From: Mytilus edulis
Taxonomy: Eukaryota
Length of the DNA stretch: 64,000 nucleotides
Reading direction: 5' to 3'
Assembly: GCF_963676685.1 (NCBI RefSeq)
Contig: NC_092350.1
Coordinates: forward strand, 82,522,001-82,586,000
In this document: positions 21,952-36,949 of the stretch, one piece after another
Position numbering within the stretch: position 1 is the stretch's first letter
Layout of the letters: the number at the start of each line of letters is the position of its first letter
The notes under the pieces: model-generated
What the model was told of the DNA's origin: nothing
Seen by the model: only the letters and a program-made list of their open reading frames with translations
The model's database searches: none
Made by a program: the position numbers and the translations under genes

Positions 21952-24064
21952 TCAGATCAAACTAGTTAAAAAGCCAAATCAATACAAAGTTGAAAGTTGT
22001 ATTTTTTTTAATAGAAAAACATTTATTACGCTTCAAGATGTAACGAATTATGAACACTTTGCATCAAACAGATACAATTGAAACAATTTTAATTCGGAAC
22101 GATTCACATCAACTTTAATTACAAAACTACTCTTAATGTTTCTGTTACTAGTGTTAAACGTAAATGAGGCAAATGGTTTATTATAATCTGTCAATAACGC
22201 ACGGTATGCATAACATTAAGACAAATTTATAACACACCCACTACATGTAAAAGCAAAATAAAAATGTTTGATTCATTTAAGATAATAAGATGATATTATG
22301 TATGCTGTATTGTCCTCCAATTAAATAGTCGATGGAAAACATTGTCATTTTTGTTGCTCTCTATGAAAACTACAAAATTAGAGTTGATTGTCAAAAAATC
22401 CTTTAACATGTTTTATTCATGTAAAGTATTTAAAGTTCATACTCTATTTTCAACATCATTAACAAATAGTAGATGCTCTGCAAAATTGCAGTAGAATAAG
22501 ACAAGTGTTTGTATATATAAAAAAGGTGGAGAGGGGTCTTGGCGTTGGGTATCTCTATCTATATTTATACGTAAAAAAGGAGGGGATCACTTCGGCACGT
22601 TCCTTTCTTCTTACTTTCACTTGGATGGTGTTAACAGTATGTCGACTGAGCAAGCACGACAGCTTGTAACACATGGATCTATAACGGTCTCCAAATTTTG
22701 GCATTTCTGCGGGAGGAAAACCCGTTTGCTTCAAAGACAAAACTCTACATTCTACATCATATGACAACTATCTCCGACTTTATATTGTTTCAATGGAGTT
22801 GCAACTCAATGCATTCAATTTCTCTCTTAAGCAGTATAGATTCAACTGACTTGTATACAAGCTTAAGCATTACATATTCCATTAATTAGGTATATGGCGC
22901 CATATATCTTAAACATACAGTTGATATGTACGACTAACAAAGTTATCTCAAGGGAACAAAGTTAATTACAGAAGTGAGCTTCTCCTGAAAAAAGGGTTTA
23001 TTCTTTAAATTGTAAGCTATTAGATCCAAGTGCCGATAAATACCAGCAAGTCAATTGAACAATCAATCGGTCAATATGTTGATCGGTGTAGTAGAGTGTT
23101 TGCATTGTGGATGAATAAGGCCTTCTTTTTGAAAGCAGAATACTTATGTTTTTTATTCTAATGGATAAGCGAACGTTTAATATAAATTACAGTGAAACAG
23201 TAAACAACAGCATTGTCATGGTATATAAATGTGTCAACAGGGAGTAATCCCACCGTCCCGATTCATCCACCTGTAAAGTAAAGACTTAAGTAGTAAGTTT
23301 CGTTAATAAGGGTAAGCTTGAGTGTAAGATCAGACCAAACACATAGAAAAAATGTAATTAACAGGAGAAACCAATATCTTTCTTAACGTAATCTAGACAT
23401 GTTCGATCTTTTTGTTTGCATATTTGTTCCGTAACGGGAGCTTACAGTGAAGATTTACACTTTACCCAACACGGAGCTAATTAAACATCCTTATTAATAA
23501 TGCTTAGGAAATCGTCAAATATTAAAGTTGTGCCTTGCAAATCGCACAATGTGGTCTAATTAGATGATTTATGTCAATAGAAGAATTATATCAGGTTTTG
23601 AATATGAAAAAAAAAATCTTTCAGTGTATTTAGAATGTGATCGTTTTCGTTTTCACAATTTAGGATGTCATCAGAGTAAATATGCTAAATCCATTAGAAA
23701 AGAGATGAATACTTTAACAACAAAATGCCAACATAACAAAGTGTCTGAACCCCGAAACACGTAAAGAAAATGCACCAGGGACAGATAGTTATGGTCCAAT
23801 GTTTTATTTCATTACCACGCAATTCATTTTCATAAAAGATTTGTAAATATGAATAACTTACAAACATAATTGTTAAATCTCAACAATGGCGAACCATTTA
23901 CAAAAAGCCTTATAGTTCACCAGGGAATGTTCAGAAAAATATTGGCACAATTTCAGTAAAGTATTTAATCATCTTCCAGATAATTATTCGTATAATTTCT
24001 CCAGAGTGTTGTCTCAGATACTTAAGCTAACTATTGGACTGCTTGTAGCAGGACATTCCAATAT

Positions 24065-24164
24065 NNNNNNNNNNNNNNNNNNNNNNNNNNNNNNNNNNNN
24101 NNNNNNNNNNNNNNNNNNNNNNNNNNNNNNNNNNNNNNNNNNNNNNNNNNNNNNNNNNNNNNNN
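24065..24164. other. Scaffold gap (100 N)
   Basis: Run of exactly 100 N. Confidence 1.
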
Positions 24165-25148
24165 TTTTCCTGGTGACGGACAAAAACACTATTTAAAGTA
24201 CTAGGTTTCAGTACAAAACCATAGCTTCCCATGATTATCTTTCATTTTTAATGAGATTGCGATCAAAGTAGTTATAAAGGCAAACAAGTACAAAGTTGAA
24301 GAGCATAAGAGGATCCACAATTCCCAAAAGTTGTACCAAATACGGCTACGGTAACCTGTTCCTGGGATAAGACTATCCTTAGTTTTCGAAAAATTCAAAG
24401 TGTTGTAACAGGAAATCTAAACAAAATGAAATCCTCAAAAATAAATAAAATAAATAGAAAACGTATGAACGACTGCTTTTAAATTAATCTAAATGAAAGA
24501 AGTGTATGATGGTATCCTTTTAGAACATCTGTTAAAACTTGAGCATCACAACAGGTGGTACTTGTGTAGTATGATCTGCGTACCCATACACACAACTTGT
24601 GAGTATTCCTGTATAGAATTATGTGGCTTAGTTTGTCTGTTCATTGTCTGTAGTTTTCTATTGATAGTGTTCTTATGTTATTTTCGTCTGATAAGTTTTG
24701 AATGTGACTTTTTCGGATGTGCTGCATTTCGTCGGGTTATGTAGTGTATTTCGGTTGTTTCCTGTAAATAGTTAATATTTCAGTTTTATCATTTATCTTG
24801 TGTATAGTCATTTTATAAAATGTACTGTTTGCAAAAGTATAAATTATTCTAAATAATAGGGATGTTCTTGTACCTAACAGAAAATCCTGGCCGTTTTTGG
24901 CACAACTTTTCAGAACGTTTGGTCCTCAATGTTGTTTAACTTTGTACTTGTTTCGGCTTTCAAACGTTTGTATCTGGGCGTCACTAGTAAGTCTCGTGTG
25001 GGCAAAATGCACTTCTGGCGTATTAACATTTTAAACTTGCTGCCTTTTGTTAGCTATTATTCGTATGTTTCTTTGTCAATAATACTCTCCTATTTATTTA
25101 TATTGTAGTCCTGTAGTGTTGTGTTGTCATTTTAATGTCATATTTCAC

Positions 25149-25247
25149 ATGGCCATAAAAGAGGGAGGTTTGGCATGCCACAAAACCAGGTTCAACCCAC
25201 CATTTTGCCTTTGAAAATGTCCTGTACCAAGTCAGGAATTTGGTCAT
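25149..25247 (+). ncRNA. Candidate type-P5 twister ribozyme (duplicate of 13510-13608)
   Basis: Identical sequence in the duplicated segment. Confidence 0.75.
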
Positions 25248-25868
25248 TGTTATATTATAGTTCGTTTCTGTGTGTGTTACATTTTAACGTTGGCTTTCCG
25301 TTGTGTCGTTTATTTTCTCAACATGATTTGATTCAGCAGATATCTGTTTGACATTTGATTGATATATATATATATATAAGCAAGCTGACTTTTTTTCCTT
25401 AACTCTTGTACTGTCCATAGATGATAAGAACAGTAAACAGACATATAAACAAAACTGTTTCATTAAGTTCTGTCATAATTTCTTCCTAGAACAAAAGTAT
25501 TTATGACAAGCAGACGACCTTGATGGTTTATCACACTATAGGTTATATGGTACATCACTGTCTTTGATAGCAGATGAAATTTCATTATTTACAACTCGCC
25601 TGATAAATCACTGCATAACAACTAGAAAACAATTTGAATATTTTACAATCGTTCCTATTAATTGCTTTTTGTCTTTAGTTTTTACGTGTTCATAATAAAA
25701 GAAATTAAAAAAAAAATGTCTGATATCTACAATTAGCGACCAAATGACATCTACAATTATAAACCACCGTATGGCCTTCAACAATGAGCAAAGCCATTAC
25801 CTCATAGTCAGCAATAAAAGGCCCAAAATGACATATGCAACACAATTGAAACAAGAAAACTAATAGTC

Positions 25869-27138
25869 AAAAAGAGGGACGAAAGATACCAAAGGGACAA
25901 TCAAACTCATAAATCTAAAACAAACTGACAACGCCATGGCTAAAAATGAAAAAGACAAACAGAAAAACAATAGCACACACGACACAACATAGAAAACTAA
26001 AGAATAAACAACACGAACCCCACCAAAACCTAGGGGTGATCTCAGGTGCTCCGGAAGGGTAAGCAGATCCTGCTCCACATGTGGCACCCGTCGTGTTGAT
26101 TATGTGATTACAAATCCGATAAAGAGTCTAATTCGGTAAGTCACATTCATGAAAGGGAAGGGGATTGTAGATACGACGTAAGGAACATATCCGATATCAT
26201 TTGTGAAACGGTTATTTCATAACGGTCAACCAACTCGTGATGGCGTCCGTAAAATTTACGAAAGGATGATTTCAACTTCACAATTTGGAACTCTTGGTTT
26301 AATAGCTTCCTTGTGAGCAGTAACCCTCTATCAAGAAAATCATGATAGGAAATGCAAGCACGGGAATATCGTATCAATTGGGAGATATATACCCCGTATG
26401 CAGGTGCTGCTGGAATGTTGCTACTTAGAAATGGAAAGTTCACAATTGGAAAGCTGAAATCATCTCTTTTGTCGTAAAGTTTTGTTTTCAACCGACCCTC
26501 ATTGTCAATTTCTAGATGTAATTCAAGATATGAAGCCGACTTAACTGTATCTGTAGTATCCTTTATCTCCAATTCGATGGGATAGATGCGTTCCACATAG
26601 TCACCAAATTTTGAATTGTTTAGTGAAAGAACGTCATCTATATAGCGAAAAGTAGAGTTAAAGGATATTGCTAACTTCTTATCTTTCTTCCTAAGAAGTT
26701 CCTGCATGAAGTCAGCCTCATAATAATAAAGAAACAAGTCGGCAAGTAGAGGGGCACATTTGTTCCCATTGGGGTGCCGACAGTCTGTTGAAAAACACGT
26801 CCTCCGAACGTTACAAATATGTTGTCAATCAAGAAATCAAGCATCTTGATAATATCGGTTTCAGAGAATTTTTTGTTTGAATGACAGTGATTCTTTATGA
26901 TGTATCCCTCCCTAAGACAAGATACTTGTATCTACGTTGACCATTCTTTTTTATGAAGCAAAGTAATACCAACTCTTTCAATTTGTCTTTTAGTTTGGAA
27001 TGTGGAATACTTGTGTACAGAGAAGAAAAGTCAAATGTGTTAATACTGTTACAAGATGAAAGAGAGTTAGATTGTATGTACATGTATTCTAAAAGATCTT
27101 TGGAATTTTTAAGTATCCACATCTGATTCACGCCACCT
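25869..27138 (-). mobile_element. Naiad-type Penelope-like element with RT pseudogene (duplicate of 14230-15499)
   Basis: Identical ORF fragments at 26147-26737 and 26895-27131. Confidence 0.88.
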
Positions 27139-28252
27139 TAGTATAAGTTAATTTTAAGGAAAATCAACTTAGAAAATATACCAGGCTTATAAATGTGTAC
27201 GCTAGACACGTGCTAGGTCAACATATGTTGTAGAGAGGTCCGCGTCAGTCATAGGGAAAGGACAAATACAAACAAACCATGAGGAACCAAATTCTATAAA
27301 ATGATTTGTCAAGCTGTAAATATTAGAGTTGAAGTCAATAAGATACTATGAATAAATGTAATCAACCAATTTGCTATTAGATGCATTCCAGACTGCAATA
27401 AATATTTTAACTTTAACGTGATTTGATAGGTCTGCACATACATAAAGCAGATTCCTCTCAAATTGTATTTATAGACATTGTTTTTGTTCTGTTCATTAGA
27501 GAAACGAACATGGCTGCCATATCTTATGAGAAAGTATGTTCAAGATTTGTCTTGTCTATGGTTGTATATGGTCAATTTGATGTGAAATAGCTATAGATAT
27601 ATAAATGCAAGTTGACTTGATATATTTGTATTTTTAATTTTGCTGCTGACAATTATTATAATGGATGCATTTGTCTTGTTTTAAGAGTTAGAAATAGAGG
27701 ATTGAAAAAAAGACAACAGCAGAACGTTTCAGATATAAGGTATGTTAAAAAATGCTTTGCATCAATAATCAACATATGCTGGATTTTCAACATTTAGCAA
27801 TCCTTCATCAAATGTAAAGAAGAAAAATGTTTTGCCTATCTCATATGCTGCGCTTTTGACAACGTCAGTCATCTCAGTATCATATTGATGAACAAAGAGA
27901 CAATTGTAATCATGCATTTGAAATTGGCATCACATGAGAAGCATTACTGTAATTGCGCACGCATATGTCGTAAACATTTATAATCTTATCCAAAAACAAT
28001 TGATTGCAAATGCTAATATGACTGTTACATGTAACAACCTAATCGGTGTGATGGCCAAAAACATAATGAGACATGGTTTCGAGAAAGAATGGTTCGCCTT
28101 TTTTTTAACAATATCTATTAAAATATATGCAGTATCTACTTCACAAAATATTCATGATGTAATATTCTATATACATTACTTGTTTCTCTTAACTTTTACC
28201 TTACTGTGCGTGTGTGTGTGCGTGTTCGGCGTATCACATTATAAGCCTTTCA

Positions 28253-28942
28253 TAACTGTTTACACTACTTGGTCGATGCCACTACTGGTGGACGTTTTGT
28301 CTAAAAGGGTATCATCAGCCCAGTAGTCAGCACGTCGATGTTGACATGAATATCAATGAATTGGTAATGTTCATAAAGTCGCTGTTTGCAAAGTATAATT
28401 GATTCTAAAAATTAAGGATTTTCTTATCGCAGGCATATATTACCTTAGCCGTATTTGGCTACTTTGGAATTTAGGATGCTCAATGCTCGTTCCCTTTATA
28501 CTTTGTCTTTTAACTATTTTGATCCGAGCGTTACTTAGGAGATAACTGTATTGTCTTTTAAGCTCTGACGGCATCAATTGGGGATTTGATAGTCGCAAAC
28601 TAAGTTTACTGGCGACATGTTAGCGGAGAGAGTAAACGGGTATTTGCGACCATCAAATTCACAATTGATGCCGCCGGAGCTTATAATACAATATTGTTAT
28701 CTCGATTATAATGAAACTGACAGAAAACAACGTTAAAACATGTGTTTAAAATCTGGCATATGCCGTCTGCGCTTGAGCGTACGTCCCATTGCATCAATTG
28801 TCAATTGATGCCATGTAAATAAGTGACGTTATCCAATCAAAATGAACGTTACAAATGTTGTTGCATTAGAATGATTGTTATAATTAAGACGGAACGCGCG
28901 TCTGGCGTTATCAAATCATAAGCCTGGTACCTTTGATAACTA
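28253..28942 (+). mobile_element. Interrupted retrozyme with foldback insertion at 28536-28872 (duplicate)
   Basis: Identical to 16614-17303. Confidence 0.8.
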
Positions 28943-29298
28943 CTAATACATTGAGTGTTTCTGATGTAAGGTGTTCAAGAGGTATGACCAAAGGCAAGTG
29001 CAGTTTTCATTGTGTTAACTCAGGTATGTATTTTTCATGCTATTTCTAATTTATTTGAAGAAAAGTGAATACGAATTTAAGTTTCTCTATACATTGGTAA
29101 TCAATTACGCAGACATTATTGCTGGCAACAATCAGTTGTGTTTGCTTGTCCGTAATATATGTTTACACAGTTTCGCTGCTTGATATACATTCTTGTAATG
29201 TTTCAAATGCGCCTATTTTAGGTTAAACGTCCAATTGTATATATATATAACGGATCCATAAACACCCTTATTTCGAGTGTGAGATTTAACGAACAAGT

Positions 29299-29755
29299 TA
29301 AAGTAGGTCCGAGACCACAATTATTTCCTAGTGCCTTTCTTTTAGAACATAAATGAAAATGAAAAAAATCCCACTTGCGTTTTCTCAATGAAATATTTAC
29401 AGTGTGTTGTACTACTTTTGTGTCAAATATATCAAAACTATAGAAAACTGTATCGGTTCTTACTTAAAATATGGACAATTGTATGCTTAGGACGTCTTGA
29501 AATCTTTTGACAGCTTCCGAAGTGCTAATGTTTAACCTTTTCAGCTGAACGAAATCACTACTTTCCTTTAAAATTCTGGACCCAAATTTTGTTAGTGTAA
29601 TTTCACCCCCTTACCTGCAATTTGAGGCATCAAACATGGAGACATAAATTTGGAATTGTTATAAATTTAATTGGAAGTAACCAACTGTCAACACTAGGGA
29701 CTATATGTGTGAACCAAGAAACTCATTTGACGACAATTCTGGTCACGGACCAGTA
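29299..29755. mobile_element. MITE-like element (duplicate of 17660-18116)
   Basis: Identical sequence in the duplicated segment. Confidence 0.65.
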
Positions 29756-32700
29756 GGTTTAATATCAATACACATGGCATGTTTTTTTAAAACAATTTTT
29801 AAAATATTAAGTTTGTTTCGGCATTAGTGTTGCCAATAAGAGTTTGCGTAACGTTTCACGTTTAAGTTTTATAAAGAGTGCTTGTTTTTGTATAAAGAAT
29901 CCGTTTTGTATACTGATGGATTCCATTTAGATAATAAAGATCTTTTGAAGCATATTAGTGTATTGTAAGCGTTTTCCATTGTCATACCATGTTGATCTGT
30001 CGCATAGGAATCCATTACATTGCAAAGATATTTGAACAAAGAAAATAAACATGAGGGTAAAAAATGTCAAAAACATGGGTAGATCAGTTAACATTGTTTT
30101 ATCATCTGAATCAATATGAAATGAAGCAAATATGTCAACAAAGATAAACACACTGCACATATAAAAAGCACATTAGCAATAACGAATGACAATACTATCA
30201 AAATTAACAATAGCAGAATAATACAATGACGGGATTTATAAGTATCGAGCCACGTCAAATAGAAATTGCGAAATATTGACCAAACCGTAAACAGTTAAAT
30301 GTACAAAGACACACAAAAGGAATAGCATTACACATTAAATCTATTCTTTAAGACCATAGTATATCATCAGTAAGGTTCACCAATCTTACAACTCATTAAG
30401 TTTGTTCTATTACCGGAATAATTCAACTAGATTCAGTGCAAAACAGAATCTAAAAGAACTTTTTCATAATTGGACTTTTTACCTTTTGATTTGAGCGTCA
30501 CTTGTAGACGAAACATTCGTATATATTCCAAGTATTTATGACGCGTATATTATATAAACAAGTTGTATATACATATCCAATTGATATCGATTATAAAGTC
30601 GAAAGTCAGCCCCGATATTGCATTATTGTTCTTGAAACCTTTTTGTTATTATAAATAAACTCACTTTTGCATAAGGAGTTCAACTTTGTTGGTAAAAAAT
30701 TTAAAACCATAATGAATTACATTTTACATTTATTGTTTTATGAAATAAATTCAAGCGTAATTGGTAATACCTCCTGTTCATGTTTAAAGTGTGTATACTT
30801 TAGAATTTCGGCTTTATTTCTGATCGGTCCAATATCAATCATGTAACCAATAGGTTGCAATGTCAATTAATTAGCTTTATCCATTGATTACATTGGACTT
30901 ACTACTTTCTCAAAGGAGGCTTAAATACAACATTAATTCAGACAATTGTATGATAAAGAATTTTGTTTTAATTTTGAAAACTCAATGGAAATCAATTTAA
31001 CATAATTAATTGACGTTTTATTTAGTTATCGTAATTTTATTATTTAATTTGGCAGACCTGATGATAAGATTAATACTATTGGATATACTGTATATAGAAA
31101 CCAGTATCGATACCATGCTTAACCGTGTGTTTCCATTTGTCTGTTGATTTTTAAAAGAAATGAAATATATATAGTTACAATTGTCTCCAGGTCTATAAAA
31201 CACAAACAAACTGAAATAAACATTTTAATATCAACTTACGGCACAAAGATACTTTAATAGCGCAATCTTCGTGCAAGTTGCTTATTTTTATAAAATAGCC
31301 ATAATCAAGCATGTCCGTGCATGGCTATTCAAAGTTTAGAATGTGTTTCTTTTTTATTAGATCGTCAATGAAGAGGTCGGATTTGTATCTTTGATGATTT
31401 CTTACAAAAGATTTTTTTACAAAACTTTTGAGAGACATTTCTAAAGGTAACTGTATGTCCATGCTAACAAACAATTTAAAGTAGCAAAATAGCAACTGGG
31501 ACATAAAAACACAAGAATCATCAATTTTCAATTAAAATGTTGACCTTTGATCTTAAAATCTAAGTTAAACTATCTGATATTTTGTGTTGTTTCACATCAA
31601 GAATAAATACTAAAGATGTAAGAAACATATATTTATTAGTATAAAGGTGTTAGAAACTAAAAAAAAAGACCAACGTTACTACTTTACAATTTTACTTTAG
31701 GTTGATTTGACAATAATATTTTTCGATCATATTCTGCTTAAAATTTTTCTATACTATACTATCATGGAGCAAATAAAAAATAGAAAATCGCAATTTTTAT
31801 GAAACTTTACATTAAAATAATGACTAATGTCGAAGACTTTGTCTAAAAAGTACTAGTTTTCAGGAACAGTTCCTAGTAAATCCCAAGTGCACTGTTGGTC
31901 CACATCATATTACAATCTAGTTAGCTCTTTCTTCTCCTGTTGTATTGCATCTTGAAATACCATGATTTATACACAGTAATTACTTCAAAAATGAATGTCT
32001 ATTATAGCAATCTCATAAAATTTGGGTTGATAAAAAGTTCTATAACAACAAAGGTTTCAGCACATATTTAATTATATATCGATAGAACAGGATTATGTCG
32101 CAATGAAATTACTAGAATGGAATAAAGGTGTTGTAACGTTGCGTCTATGAAATGTGCCTCTTGATAATAAGATTAACAATGTCGCATAATAGCTGCTAAT
32201 ATACCGCTAGAACATTTGAAGCTTCATTAATTCCAAAAGGTCCTTTCATTAATAGTTTACTTATTATGATACTTTAACAATGTTTACCGCTTCCGCAAAT
32301 CCAAAAAGGTAAACATAGTGGAAACAAATATAAAACGAAACATAGTTCATAGTTATTACTATTAAAAAACTAACTTATATTTTCTGCATGATCTGTGTTG
32401 ACATGCACCTCGCCATTCATTGTCTTTTTGATTGTGCTTGCATTTGTTTTATTTCAGTTTTTATTTTTGTATATTCTGCCACATTGGTGAATGTAACAGT
32501 AGACTTGTAAATATTTCCAAGTTAATCTAATAAGAGAAAAATATAAAACAACTCTTTCAAAAAAATGTCAACTTATTTAGAAAAAAAAACAGTGTCTGTT
32601 GCTTTCCTTCGTGTTATAAAGTTATTCTAAACAAAAGCCCTTTAACTGTACAGGCTTAGAACAGCACCAACGACAATTACTTCCAAGCATTACAATGTCA

Positions 32701-33154
32701 GCGTTTTCAATTTGAGTCTCTCTATTTGGTATTCTGTTCCACCCATATTTGTACATAAAAAAATAATACATGCTATAAGCATGCAGGTTTACAAAAATGA
32801 ATTAACGCTAGAAATTACAAACTAACACAATACATTTGAAAACCTAACTATTTAAGTCCGTCATTTTAGTATTACCCTTATCAACAATTGAAGGACTGGA
32901 AAGCAATAATCAATCTATTGGTTACTAATTGTAAGCATGAATTCATGTGCAGAAACAAACTCACTTATTGTTTATTTTAATTTCCAGAATATTTCTACAG
33001 AGGATTTTACTGATTTAATATTATGGTTTGAACAAGAACAGTAGAAATAAATCAATGTGTCTTTGGCTTTAATATATCTTATTGGTCCGAACATTGTTTT
33101 ATTTTCAAATTATCTGTTCATTTAAATTGCACATTAGCAAAAATGTGCATAAAT

Positions 33155-33633
33155 AATAGTTATCAAAAGTACCAGGATTATAATTGTATACGCCAGACGC
33201 ACGTTTCGTCTACATAAAACTCATCAGTGACGTTCAGATCAAAATAGTTAAAAAGCCAAATCAATACAAAGTTGAAGAGCATTGAGGATCCAAAATTCCA
33301 AAAAGTTGTGCCAAATACGGCTAAGGTAATCTACTCCTGGGGTAAGAAAATCCTTAGTTTTTCGAAAAATTCAAGGTTTTGTAAACAGAAAATTTATATA
33401 AAAATGACCATATAATTGATATTCATGTCAACACCGAAGTGCTGACTACTGGGCTGGTGATACCCTCGGGGAAGAAACGTCCACCAGCAGTGGCATCGAC
33501 CCAGTGGTGTAAATAGTTATTAAAAGTACCAGGATTATAATTTTATACGCCAGACGCGCGTTTCGTCTACATAAGACTCATCAGTGACGCTCAGATCAAA
33601 CTAGTTAAAAAGCCAAATCAATACAAAGTTGAA
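33155..33633 (-). mobile_element. Hammerhead retrozyme, 1.3 monomers (duplicate); ribozymes at 33190-33233 and 33547-33590
   Basis: Identical to 21516-21994. Confidence 0.92.
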
Positions 33634-35837
33634 AGTTGTATTTTTTTTAATAGAAAAACATTTATTACGCTTCAAGATGTAACGAATTATGAACACTTTG
33701 CATCAAACAGATACAATTGAAACAATTTTAATTCGGAACGATTCACATCAACTTTAATTACAAAACTACTCTTAATGTTTCTGTTACTAGTGTTAAACGT
33801 AAATGAGGCAAATGGTTTATTATAATCTGTCAATAACGCACGGTATGCATAACATTAAGACAAATTTATAACACACCCACTACATGTAAAAGCAAAATAA
33901 AAATGTTTGATTCATTTAAGATAATAAGATGATATTATGTATGCTGTATTGTCCTCCAATTAAATAGTCGATGGAAAACATTGTCATTTTTGTTGCTCTC
34001 TATGAAAACTACAAAATTAGAGTTGATTGTCAAAAAATCCTTTAACATGTTTTATTCATGTAAAGTATTTAAAGTTCATACTCTATTTTCAACATCATTA
34101 ACAAATAGTAGATGCTCTGCAAAATTGCAGTAGAATAAGACAAGTGTTTGTATATATAAAAAAGGTGGAGAGGGGTCTTGGCGTTGGGTATCTCTATCTA
34201 TATTTATACGTAAAAAAGGAGGGGATCACTTCGGCACGTTCCTTTCTTCTTACTTTCACTTGGATGGTGTTAACAGTATGTCGACTGAGCAAGCACGACA
34301 GCTTGTAACACATGGATCTATAACGGTCTCCAAATTTTGGCATTTCTGCGGGAGGAAAACCCGTTTGCTTCAAAGACAAAACTCTACATTCTACATCATA
34401 TGACAACTATCTCCGACTTTATATTGTTTCAATGGAGTTGCAACTCAATGCATTCAATTTCTCTCTTAAGCAGTATAGATTCAACTGACTTGTATACAAG
34501 CTTAAGCATTACATATTCCATTAATTAGGTATATGGCGCCATATATCTTAAACATACAGTTGATATGTACGACTAACAAAGTTATCTCAAGGGAACAAAG
34601 TTAATTACAGAAGTGAGCTTCTCCTGAAAAAAGGGTTTATTCTTTAAATTGTAAGCTATTAGATCCAAGTGCCGATAAATACCAGCAAGTCAATTGAACA
34701 ATCAATCGGTCAATATGTTGATCGGTGTAGTAGAGTGTTTGCATTGTGGATGAATAAGGCCTTCTTTTTGAAAGCAGAATACTTATGTTTTTTATTCTAA
34801 TGGATAAGCGAACGTTTAATATAAATTACAGTGAAACAGTAAACAACAGCATTGTCATGGTATATAAATGTGTCAACAGGGAGTAATCCCACCGTCCCGA
34901 TTCATCCACCTGTAAAGTAAAGACTTAAGTAGTAAGTTTCGTTAATAAGGGTAAGCTTGAGTGTAAGATCAGACCAAACACATAGAAAAAATGTAATTAA
35001 CAGGAGAAACCAATATCTTTCTTAACGTAATCTAGACATGTTCGATCTTTTTGTTTGCATATTTGTTCCGTAACGGGAGCTTACAGTGAAGATTTACACT
35101 TTACCCAACACGGAGCTAATTAAACATCCTTATTAATAATGCTTAGGAAATCGTCAAATATTAAAGTTGTGCCTTGCAAAATCGCACAATGTGGTCTAAT
35201 TAGATGATTTATGTCAATAGAAGAATTATATCAGGTTTTGAATATGAAAAAAAAAATCTTTCAGTGTATTTAGAATGTGATCGTTTTCGTTTTCACAATT
35301 TAGGATGTCATCAGAGTAAATATGCTAAATCCATTAGAAAAGAGATGAATACTTTAACAACAAAATGCCAACATAACAAAGTGTCTGAACCCCGAAACAC
35401 GTAAAGAAAATGCACCAGGGACAGATAGTTATGGTCCAATGTTTTATTTTCATTACCACGCAATTCATTTTCATAAAAGATTTGTAAATATGAATAACTT
35501 ACAAACATAATTGTTAAATCTCAACAATGGCGAACCATTTACAAAAAGCCTTATAGTTCACCAGGGAATGTTCAGAAAAATATTGGCACAATTTCAGTAA
35601 AGTATTTAATCATCTTCCAGATAATTATTCGTATAATTTCTCCAGAGTGTTGTCTCAGATACTTAAGCTAACTATTGGACTGCTTGTAGCAGGACATTCC
35701 AATATTTCTGTATTGTGTCTATTTCAAGAAAATGGTTTTGAATTTCCGGTTGATTTTAAATATACACAAAGGTTGCTATTGGGTGGCTTTAATATATATT
35801 AATAGTTTACACCACAAAAAATAAATCACAGCAATTA

Positions 35838-36365
35838 AAGGCAACAGTAGTAGACTGCTGTTCGAAACTCACGAATCGATAGAGAAAAAAAAATCCGGGT
35901 AACAAACTAAAACTGAGGGAAACACACTAAATATAAGAGGAGTACAACGACACAACAATAAAATGTTCACACACAGAAACAAACTAAACATTAGACAAAA
36001 TGCGATGAGACTAACAAATATAACATCAAAACTAAATATATGAAATCGGAAAAAAAAGTACCGTAACACGTGTTATAGTAATTTGAATTCACGCTGAAAT
36101 ATAAGAGGAAACAAACGACACAACAGAAACAACGTTAAAATGTAACACACACAGAAACGAGCTATAATATAACAATGGCCATATTTCTAACTTGGTATAG
36201 GACGTTATTTTTTAAAGAACAAAATGGTGTGTTGATCCTGGTTTTGTGGCTTGCCTGACCTCCCGCTTCAATGGATATGTTAAATATAACATTAAAATGA
36301 CAACATAACATTACAGGAATACAATACAAATAAATAGGAGAACATATTGAACAAAGAAACACATA
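35838..36365 (-). mobile_element. Family C twister element with full 3' tail; degenerate twister at ~36175-36278
   Basis: Minus strand: GCGGGAGGUCAGGCAAGCCACAAAACCAGGAUCAACACACC...CCUAUACCAAGUUAG. The tail ...GAACAGC.GT.TACTACTGTTGCCTTT also occurs at ~45780-45935(+) and ~56784-57020(-). Confidence 0.75.
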
Positions 36366-36949
36366 AATGTCGTGCTTACTGTTTTATTTTATATCATTAT
36401 CTTGTACTCCGTGAACATGGGATTACAAGGTTTACACCGTTATATGGCGACTTTTTGTTCACGGTTATGAAATACTTTCAGAAATAATTGAGGATTTTAC
36501 CCTTACATTTTTTTGTTTTGTATTTATATTGTGTCATAGATAACACGTTGTCGTTCAGTGTATATTCACTTGTTGTTTTCAGATGTCTTTTAAATGAGTT
36601 TTGCCATTTCAATTTATATTATATAGTCTGTCTTTCTATGTTCTTTCGGGTAAGGGTTAAAGATGAAACGTTTAAAAGCGATTCATTTATTTGCATTTCT
36701 TATAAGTCAGGGGAGTGATTTGCAATGGTTGTCGAGTTTTTTTTTATGAATGTTGCTCTTTTTTTTTATATAGATTAGATCGTTGGTTTTCCTGTATGAC
36801 ATGTTTTACAGGAAACAGCATACGGCTACCAAATGGTATTCAATAGAGCGTCAAAATCTCGAAGATGGGCTTCAGTAGGTCCCCCAAACAAACAAGTATA
36901 CCAGCTCAGTAAAATATGTACTAAAAATGAATTATGCATGACTTAAACC

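Larger units (their letters stand above)
21516..21994 (-). mobile_element. Non-LTR retrozyme, 1.3 tandem monomers of 357 nt
   Basis: Direct repeat with period 357 (AATAGTTAT at 21516 and 21873), each copy carrying a hammerhead. No ORF. Confidence 0.92.
12526..24064 (+). repeat. 11.5-kb near-identical duplication, copy 1 (probable contig-overlap artefact)
   Basis: Repeated at 24165-35705 with an offset of 11639. I saw only two 1-bp homopolymer differences, both near the gap-proximal end. A 100-N gap lies between the copies. Confidence 0.95.
24165..35705 (+). repeat. 11.5-kb near-identical duplication, copy 2
   Basis: Copy of 12526-24064. The ORF track repeats identically with an offset of 11639-11640. 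Confidence 0.95.
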
